Shown in pieces: positions 54,621 through 64,000 of a DNA stretch of 64,000 nucleotides; the stretch's first letter is position 1, and every line of letters begins with the position of its first letter. Source of the DNA: Tubiluchus corallicola (Eukaryota > Animalia > Priapulida); assembly GCA_030141605.1 (NCBI GenBank), contig JAQGDQ010000054.1, forward strand, positions 558,001 through 622,000. The letters are read 5' to 3'. Below the pieces are notes generated by a model that did not search any database, was not told the origin of the DNA, and saw only the letters and a list, made by a program, of their open reading frames with translations. Position numbers and translations under genes: made by a program.

Positions 54621-55350
54621 TGTATTATGTCACTGGCTCACCAGAAAACTTATTATTAATCTTATTGACAAGAAAAAGTAATTTAGTGAAGTGTGCGCTA
54701 CGAAAGCTCTGGTTATGTTTTTTAAACTTTACGACATGTTAGTTAAACTTGCTCAAATTTCTTACTCAGAGACTGACCAATAAACCCAACTGTCAGCTCG
54801 GGAGTTTAAATTTACAAGTTTTATATAACGTCATTGGTAATACAAGATCTGCGTGCAGATTCGAAAACCAGCATAAGGGTTTTCTTGTCCTTTAATCACA
54901 GCTGTTGCAGTTATTAAGTTTATATACAACAACTGTAACCACCACGTGTTTCTCGTAAAATCTTCTTGACCCACTACACTCAGCCAGTGTTATAATACTA
55001 TGTTATTTTCTGGATACTATCCAGATGCTTTTCCCCACTCTTGTAGATGGTGTTGTTTGTGTTACTGATGAGGAAATTATCACAACGCAACGCCACAAAT
55101 CGTTCAGCTTCCTGGTTTTAACTACCGTTTGGTGCTGTGGCCCAGCGTAAACCACGGTGTTAAATGCGAACGATTTATACTCACATTACTTACGCTTCTT
55201 AAACTGCGAATGCGAAACTACATTGAGGGTGTAAATTAATGACCAGACTTACAGCATTTTTCTGCAAATATTGGAACTGTAGGTAGTATGCATTTGGTAA
55301 TTCTTTGCCGTATTTACTCTGGGTTATACTTGCTTGATACGAATTAGTGA

Positions 55351-55450
55351 AAGCGAGTAGCGCGAGTGGCTTAGCACTTGACTGCCGTTTCAAGCGTTCT
55401 GGGTTCGAATACCACTAGTATTTTTCGAGCCATGTTTCATTCAAACGGGA
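55351..55450 (+). mobile_element. tRNA-derived SINE head or pseudo-tRNA
   Basis: A box TAGCGCGAGTGG and B box GGTTCGAATACC with a CTTGA/TCAAG stem, but no acceptor stem. Confidence 0.5.
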
Positions 55451-58400
55451 ATTTGGCCTCCTTCTTAGGCTCAGCCATGATTTTGTCTTCTTTTTCTTCT
55501 ACCATAATGAGTTGAATGTCCGTGCAACAGCCAGCAATGCAAATGCCTTATGCATCAGATTATCCACACTTTTATGGATTTCTATGAGAAAGTATTCTAT
55601 AGCATTTTGATCTTTAAAAGCAACTGGTAGTAATTTCACTTACCAATCTAGAAGACAAACGTTTAAAAATACATGATTTTTTATAATTTTTGATAGCATA
55701 AGCATAGTAGAAACACATTCAGAGCTCCACTTTAAGTATGAAAAAGGATGATGGAACTTATTTCGTTTTATTAAGGTGCGGAAACAATTACCTGCAGGCT
55801 CGACAGAATTTAAGCATTGTGTCAGGTTTTATTTTGTCACACTTTAACAATTTAACATTAGTTCTTGCTTGTGTGTTAACACTTCGTATAATTTTGCAGC
55901 ACTTGGCAGTGAACGTAAAACTTATCAGAAAAAATAATAAGCGGGAAGCTGGGACTGGCTAATCGGTTAACTAAATTAGTTTAGTTAAAAATTGTTCAAC
56001 CAGTTAAGAAGTAGTTAAATTGGTATTACTATAAAGAAGTAGACAATGGTCGTCATTTTCGTCAAGTTAAAAACGTACAAATTTTCATTTTTTATTCATT
56101 TTTAACGAGCCATGGTATAGAATGGCTCCTGTTTCATGGATCATAGCAGGTACTTAGTAATGTACTTTGGTTTCGACTGACGAAATCCCCCTAGTAGTAG
56201 TAGTAGTAACAGTAATACTTGAAGTTGTAATGAATTTCAACGGCATTAATTAACAAAATAATAAATATTTGCATCACCGCTTTCGAAAAGTTTTATTGCT
56301 TGCAGTTCTAACTGTAGGGGATCACTTAACATTGTTTATTGTCCACTGAATTTTTTTTCTAAAATGAAACACTTTTTTATCCCCTACTGTTTAGCTTATA
56401 TTTTTTAATTTAATTTTTGTCTCACACTATTTCCAGGATTTTTATATTTTCATGACAACAACTGAAATTGAATGTTGAGGCCAATTTCAGGGCCATTATT
56501 TTTTAGCTCTGCATTTGTTTTTTTTAGTTGTTGCAAAGCGTATTTTTACGGCTTTACATGCAGTCTGTTTTGACTAAGCGACATCTATTTACTAATCAAT
56601 AGTTTATATGATTCAATATTATATGATCTTATAAATTATATTAGCCAGAACTACGCAGTTTTAATTCTGATTGAAAGTCATTCGTTCACTAATGTTTTTA
56701 TACTACTAAGTGCTTGATCTTAATCTATCTTCAATGTATTTACACTGTTATTTTATAGCAAGTGTCAGTGAGCTCGGCAGTGTTTATGCAGAATAATTCA
56801 AGCGTAGGAAATGTTCGAAGAGTCATCTTACTAAGGGATGGCGCCACTGTGCTATTGGCTCAGTGAGTGCGCTTCAATGGTAGTAAGCCTGAAAATAACT
56901 GGCTTCAACATACCATGATTCTGAATAGAGTCTGGTTACCAGTATTTTGGTTTTAATAATGAATGTAGTTGTTGAGTATGTTACATAAGGACCTCATATC
57001 AAAGTCCTTTATCAGGAACCTGATCTTAATGAAAATTGTGGCGGTACCTGTTGACCTAAATAATCACTGGCGAGTAGCGCTCTCTGATGGATTGCTACTA
57101 TGTCAGACCAGTACTCAGGCTACTCAGTGTAAAGTCGTTTCTGATTATGTACAATAAAATGATCCACAGACTGGCTATGTAGGCGCCTTCCGCTTGACTA
57201 ATTCAAATTAATTACCAGGCCTAGAACGCTTACTCGTAATTTTTATTATACAATAAAGTCTGAAGAGTAAAGAAAATATAGGCACTTCGGAAATATTGTA
57301 TATTTTCTATAAATGTGAAAGCGGACACATACAGTGCATCATAAAAAACTTCGCAAGTATTTTGTATAACTATGGAATTGAATATTATGAAAAGTTTACG
57401 GTTAATGTGTGCAGTAAACTTTCAGAATATTCCAAAGTTTATTCTTTTATTTAACGACTAGGGGGTTAGTCAGACATTTTTGTCGGTCTCATGCCGCTCT
57501 TATTAAGCTGGTTTAATGTCTCGCAATGGCGTTCTGGTTCTGGTTCAAACATTCCATGGGTTATTACAACCACCTTGGCGGGGCGAGAATCCGACGGCAG
57601 GACAATAATTTTATAATTTTATTTTATTTATTTATTTTAGATTTACTTTGTTTAATGTTTTTACAATACATACACTGAGTAGTACATAAAAGAAAAAAAT
57701 GCAGAGTAAAAACTTTATACAAAATGTACAAAGTAATTAAACTTAAACTCGAGTTCTGCATGAACGTATACAGTCTCTTTAAATTGGGCAAGTTTTTTTG
57801 TCAAGCTCACAGCTTTATACCAATTACCAACGCATGTAGAAATTATTACTATAGGCACTAGATGGCAGCTCTTGGATATTGTGTTAGTTGGGCGTTGTCG
57901 CAACCAGTCTTTTTTAATTTTAATTTCTCGAGACTAGAAAAACTTACATAAAATAAAATGGAAGAAATTTCACGGAAACTTTTTTTAAAAAAGTACGCCT
58001 ACACTTAGATCTTTTTTATCAGTAGCTGTGCAAATAGAAGTTTACCTACCAGAACAGCCTTGGACAATTTTTTTCATTTTTTTGTATAACTGTTCAACAA
58101 TCTCCAGTGTTTGTGTTATAAATCTGGCTAATAATATCGTCGTCGGTACGAACTAAGAGGAAAAGACTGTTTGCTTAACAAGTGCGAAATTGTGCTGTAC
58201 TGCACAAATCAGATCATCTTGTTTGTTTGTTTTTCATGAACTGCGCAGAACAGATTTAACCAGTACTGGTTTTAATCAATTCGAAAAGCAAGAGATGTTT
58301 ACGATCCACAAGTAATGATCGAGTTACCACTGTATGTAGAAACCATTAGAAACCCATTGGAAGCCAAACAGTGCCTGAATTGCATTAAGTTTTGCGCGCG

Positions 58401-58924
58401 TAGCATCTGGCGGATATTTACTGGTAAAATAATTAATTTAAAGTTCCGACCTATTTCAGGTTTACAGCTGCATCACCAAGTTCTCCAAACAAGCATTGTA
58501 TTGCATTGCATAGTCAGTCAATGCACTAGACTTTAGAATGCTTTTCTTGCAATAAGACATAAAAAATTGGGGTAGTCTGGTTAGGTCATTCTCAGAAATC
58601 ATCTCGTCTGAGAATCAGTCTTCAGTTAAGCGAGGTATTTGTTCTGCTGAATGGTTTTACTGAAGAGACCTGTGTCATGATTTGCTGTCAACTACGTTGT
58701 GTACACGACTGCTCGCTTTGAATAGCTATTTCCTACTATTAGGAAAAACCGCAGTGATGCAAATAAAGCTTGTGAAATGTTTGGCTAAAATATAAAGCTA
58801 GTTAAACTAATTATTATAATCTTAATGTCAGTATTAATACTAATGATGATACAAACATACATTTAATCTAATTCTGATACAAATTTGAAAGACAGGAAAT
58901 ATGAAAAGTGGGACCTTATGCTTT

Positions 58925-59055
58925 CAAGGCTGAGCAAGTGGTGAAAGGCGTCTATTTTGCAAGCAGGAGGTCCCCAGTTCAAATTCAGACAATATCCCAA
59001 ATTTTTCACTTTGCCATTTTTTCAAATTCGGTATCCATATTCAAGTAATTCTGGG
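58925..59055 (+). mobile_element. tRNA-derived SINE head (degenerate)
   Basis: A-box-like gagcaagtgg and B-box-like agttcaaattc; the 3' part resembles the copy at 4163-4300. Confidence 0.45.
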
Positions 59056-61339
59056 TTTGTAGCATGTAGTAAAGCTAGACAAAAATCAGATACGCAGCTT
59101 TGATTCTAGAAGAATCTAGTGCAATTTAAAAACATCAAAATCGGGATAGTTTGAAAACTTCCAGAGCTTTCATGAACTGTTTGCAGTAATTACGTACCTA
59201 CTGAGTGCACGGTTATTCGAAACGTTTCGTGAAAGCTGAAGAAAATTTAGAATAAACATGCTTTTCATATTATCGCCGATTTTGACGTTTTTAGATGCAC
59301 AGCTATTTATTTTTTTAGCACTGCCGCTGTATGGATGCACCTTACCATCTGCAAGTGTTCTCATTGATTATAACTACTTGACTTAGTAACAAAAGCTAAT
59401 ATTGTCATGATAAGGTTTCTCAAATTTAAAACTTAATTCTATTAGTTTTAGTTCATAACAAAACAGCAGACATGTTTAATAACTAGCATGAATATCAACA
59501 TTTAATGAAAACAATAGACTTAATTGATCTAATCTGCCATTAAGCAACTAATTTGTGCTCCACATTAATATGAACACATGATATTGCAATCTATTCAGTA
59601 ACTCTGTTTGGTTTTGGTACTGTAAAATACTGAAAATTGAAAGTGTTGAAAATGTAGAACGTATACAGTAAAGCTATTTTAAATATAAGTTTAGAATTAT
59701 AAATGTAGTCCATTTATTCATTAAACTGCAGACATACGCGCTTTACTCCAACTTCTTTTACATTTTGTTTTGACGATTTGTCATATTTCTCTTGAGAAGC
59801 AAATATACGTGTTGTTCCTCATCTTAGTGAATCTGTTGCCATGATACGAGCTGGCAGGCTCGCACTCATAGCGGTTTATCACTGATCAGCGTTGACGTGC
59901 GTGCAGAGGGAGAGAGATGTGGGCTTCGGCTGTTACTATTCCTTAGAGCAAATTCATGTTGTGATTGGAGTAATAGACATCTATCAGAGGGAAAGAGATA
60001 GGGAGGCTTAAAGCGACGTTGGCGTGAAACACTTTTGTGGTAATAATTTGTGATTCGAGCAATCTAGAATTTCGTTCGTGCGCTATATTGTGTCGTAAAA
60101 CAAACTTGTAACTCTTTCGGCTGAATGAGTATCTTGTTGCGCTGTTTATTTAAAACAGAATAAGTAGCGTAAGGGGTAGTCTGCACTAAAAGGACATCTT
60201 AATAGAATGAACAGATGTATCATTGTTTTCAAGCTATTTCATACAATGTCGGATAGGCGATTACAATATTGATATTCAAAAATCAATGAAATAAAATACG
60301 TGTTCATAATCGACACAGAATTATCATAGAATTAAATCTTATAATCAGTCAGTTTTCCTGCTGTTTAGTAGGTTTACAGACGTTCAGCTAAAATTATATC
60401 TGTTGAATCGAATATACCGATACGTTACGTGTATGTATTTCCACTTATTTTCCTAAACACGTCGGCGTTTCGTGAGAACTCTAATTACGTTGTTTTGCAC
60501 AACTTAATTTTCAGTTTGCGTGCAACACGCTTGCATGCATTCTAGAGCGCATACATTTTACTGCCTCCCGTATATCACCGTATATCACAGCAGAAGCCTT
60601 TTTATTAGTTATTGCGCCGTCACACTACTTACGCCTATATATAATAAGGTGGAGTTACAGTCCTAGTGATAAAGCTGTCGATATTTCAGCTCGCTGTGTA
60701 TAATTTATATACCGTGAAGCCAATTCAAACCGCGACTGTTATTTTAATGTCAAAGATAAAATATTTTTTCGAATCTTGCGCGATTACTACTTTTTGATGG
60801 ATGGTTTACGTTACGGATGGTGCAAATCATTTCAGTGTTTGCAAACGTCGTGCAGCCGCTTTGAATTCTGATTTAAAGATGAAGGCTTATGTTTTATGAT
60901 TTGTTGCCTTTCTTGGCAAAGGTGTAAATCAGTGCGGCACAAAGTTTTTCATTATTCTAGCGTTGAGTCATTTTCTAGTGGGATTAATTTGCGCGCATGA
61001 AATCACTTTCAGTTCTGAATTGACTATACTGGACCTATCATTCGTCAACTGGTGATTCTAATCTAGAGGTAAATTCAGGATGCACTGTTAATAATTCATT
61101 AATTATTGGCAAAATGCTAATGATAAAACATTCATCTGGGTGTACTTTTGTTAATTAAAAAAGCGAGCACTATTGCAAAAGCGCGCAGTTTTTCAAAGTA
61201 CATGTACATGTACAAGTACAGAGGAAAAGATACTTTCACTGCTTTGTAGTAACTCGTCTTTTCTTACTTCGTACCTAGGCATGTATGTTTATAGCCATAG
61301 CATCAGTATCGGCTGTCATAAAACAAGTCCATGCGAGAA

Positions 61340-61760
61340 GTAAGCACACCATTAAGAGCCCTTTACAAGATTTCCATGCATTTTCTTCGGAAATATTGCA
61401 GAGCAGAGATGACTGTCATTAGGAGTCGAAGTTATGTAACGCTAAGTCTAGTTAGTAAATGGATGAGTGACTTCAAAGAAAATCATTTCCTGACGGTTTC
61501 GTCTGCCATGCTGCCCCACTGCTTCAGCTATCTACTTCGTTTAGAACGTCGCTATGACTTCTGCCGGTTGAGATCCTTGAGAGCAACTTAGATTCCGGTC
61601 CCTCTACAAACATCAACATGATAAATAGACTCTGCCGTTGAGTACTGGACGAGATTTTGCTTGCAATGTGCGTACCAAACTGTATAAAAAATATGGCATT
61701 ACTACATTCAGTTGTAGCTAATTGTTCATGAACCATTAATAAACCGTTTTAGATTAGCTG
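61340..61760 (-). mobile_element. Decayed LINE ORF2 linker/reverse transcriptase start
   Basis: Minus strand FFIQFGTHIASKI, SDVLNEVDS and a frameshifted IFP..WKS.K. Confidence 0.35.
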
Positions 61761-63900
61761 ATATTATAGTGAATATACTATTATTGTAGCACTGATATGA
61801 AAAGCCTTTGTCACTTCTTCAGCATCTGCTTCGCTAATGTTGGCACTCATGTTGAGATTTGTCTAGTTGAGCAAAGACTAGTTCTGCGTAAAATAGTGGG
61901 TAAAAATGTCAATCAATAGACAGAATTTTTGTTATTGAAGATGCAAGAAAAGAGTTCAATCGATACGTGATCCTGTGGCCTTTTTCCTGAACGGCATAAA
62001 CATCTGATGAAAAAGGTTGTCTTTCCTTGATCTTCAGTGTCATATTTCTTTGCACTGTTAGAAAAGGGCGGAGATTAGACAGAGGATGCAAACGCGTTTT
62101 CTGCAAAATTAATTTTGATAATAAATTTTCACCATATCGTTATTTGTCTATATTCTGTGTTTATACTGAGGTGCTGCGTAGGTTTCAGGGCTTTTTTCTC
62201 ACCCGAGCTGTTAATTTTCATGTCGCTTTGCTGGAAAAAAGAACAGGACGGAGAAAAAACTTTTCCTTCGCGGAAACTACGGTAGCATGCATTAACTTTT
62301 CTTTTACAAACTTACTGTTATAAATTTTCCTTCGTTTATATGTTTTCAAAGACATCTAAGAAAATGGTTATTCATAACTTAGCCGGCTGTACGTCCTTAA
62401 ACCCACGCAGGTGACAGTTGCATCATCTTATAACTTAATGCGACAATCTCAAATGTTGACCAGTCATCCACGGTTTTGCTCTGTTGTCGAGTCACTCAAG
62501 GTGCTCTTCTTCCCTGTTTTGCTGGTATCGTCAGTCATCGAAGCCCATTAACATCAAAGCGTTGTCAAGACTGATTCATGTTATGTACATCAAAAGCTCC
62601 AGAAAGTAATCATAATTATAGGTGGGATTGCATGGAATTAATGCCAAATAATTACTGTGGCCGGAATCATACGAACTGAATTAAATTGTCTTGTTTTTTT
62701 TACAATTCATTACTGAGTATGTATTGGCAGCTAGGAGGCCATTCATGTGCTTACAGTACGCTGTACAGTTCTTATCACAATTTTCTGTATATATACACAG
62801 CTGGCAGTCTATGATGATCAAACAAGGCATTAAATAACTTGGTCTGCCAAATATTATATTGTTTTAATCTATTTGACTTTTTTGTACTTTGTCACATTAA
62901 GCCCATAACCTTTTTCGCCATTTTCGAGACTACATCTTTGGCTATTATCCATTTGCAGCTGCTGTTTTAAAATAGTGGGCGTGTGGTTTGACGGTTAAAA
63001 TTCTTTGCACATAGGCCTATTGTAGTCCATGGAATTATACAGTACTAGATGCAGTGTTAGTTGACCAATTTAGATAGCCAATGCCAATTGACGACAACGA
63101 TATTTGTTTGTTATTTACTCGTGGTTTCTGCATGCAATCGTTACGTGGCACTTTGGTCCGCGTTAATCTCTTGTAAATCGTTCTATCTATAGCTGCTTTC
63201 TGAGCAAAAAGCAAATCTGAACGATTTGTACCAAGCTGTGTAAACCAGAGATGAAGCTCAAACCATCAAAAGTGTTTGCGTTTAGTGACCGCTTTTTCTA
63301 GAATTTACTCGGCATTAGACAATATAGCTGGTGACAAGAAAAAAGTGAAATACCCACTTTGGACGTTCAGCCAAGAGGAACAGTGAAGCATTTGGACTTG
63401 GTTTTGAATTGGACATTGCTTTTGGATTGGTGTTTCATTTTCCGGATGTGAATCCAGTGGGTCTGGTTAATGTCATATTGGTGAAATATGTTTGCGCAGT
63501 GTATTGTAGTCTTTTTAAGAAGACTTTGAATGAGTTTATTGAAGAATATGAAAAAAGCGTGTGATTCACGCCGTCCAGGACCTGGATTTAGACAACTGGT
63601 AAGACACACACTACGGCATTTATATTGTTGTTTAGTTGGTAACGAATTGTGTAATATTTTGAATAAAAAGGGCAAATCTTAAGACATAACTCGTATAAAT
63701 ATATTGCAATTTCCAAGCTGTGAAAGTGGCAATTTGCACAAATACATAAAATTAATTGCAATGTTTCTGAACCCATGCCTTGTACATTATTAGTGTGCAG
63801 AATTATTGTACATACATTAGTTTCTTTTTTCGTTAACCTAATGGTTCTTCTTTCTTGACTAAAGATTTTCATTTTCATTATGAAACGAAAACGCTATTTG

Positions 63901-63901
<1 letters not shown>

Positions 63902-63965
<64 letters not shown>

Positions 63966-63992
63966 AATGGTGATGATGATGACGATGATGAT
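63902..63992. repeat. (CTG)n microsatellite followed by (GAT)n
   Basis: About 21 CTG units, then an imperfect GAT run. Confidence 0.9.
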
Positions 63993-64000
63993 AGTTAAGA

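Noticed and set aside
55351-55425. Functional tRNA-Gly(GCC)
   Set aside because: 8-nt anticodon loop, weak T stem and no acceptor stem; better explained as a SINE head.
61331-61345. ATG CGA GAA|gtaagc phase-0 micro-exon
   Set aside because: At the edge of a decayed LINE and too short to distinguish from chance.

Overview
AT-rich eukaryotic DNA, most likely a marine invertebrate animal, with GT-AG introns, long microsatellites and many decayed transposons. There are no operons, CRISPR arrays, rRNA genes or intact tRNA genes. Positions 1-3352 (minus strand) hold the first four exons of a secreted protein, truncated at the window edge and preceded by a TATA box. Its layout is: signal peptide, His/Gly/Phe-rich region with two GRR sites, divergent thrombospondin type-1 (TSP1)-like Cys motif, Asp/Glu-rich tract. 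The remaining ~60 kb has no long real ORF. It does contain several short plus-strand ATG-to-donor exons, all ending in phase 0 and two sharing S[KR]SGGS at the same residues. These suggest a multi-promoter gene whose body lies beyond the window. Transposons include a ~600-bp TTAA-targeting Kolobok-like family (one copy nested in an older relative), a hAT MITE with an 8-bp target-site duplication (TSD), a hAT transposase remnant, tRNA-derived SINE heads, and LINE/Penelope fragments that are mostly on the minus strand. All calls are from manual reading; no database searches were run.
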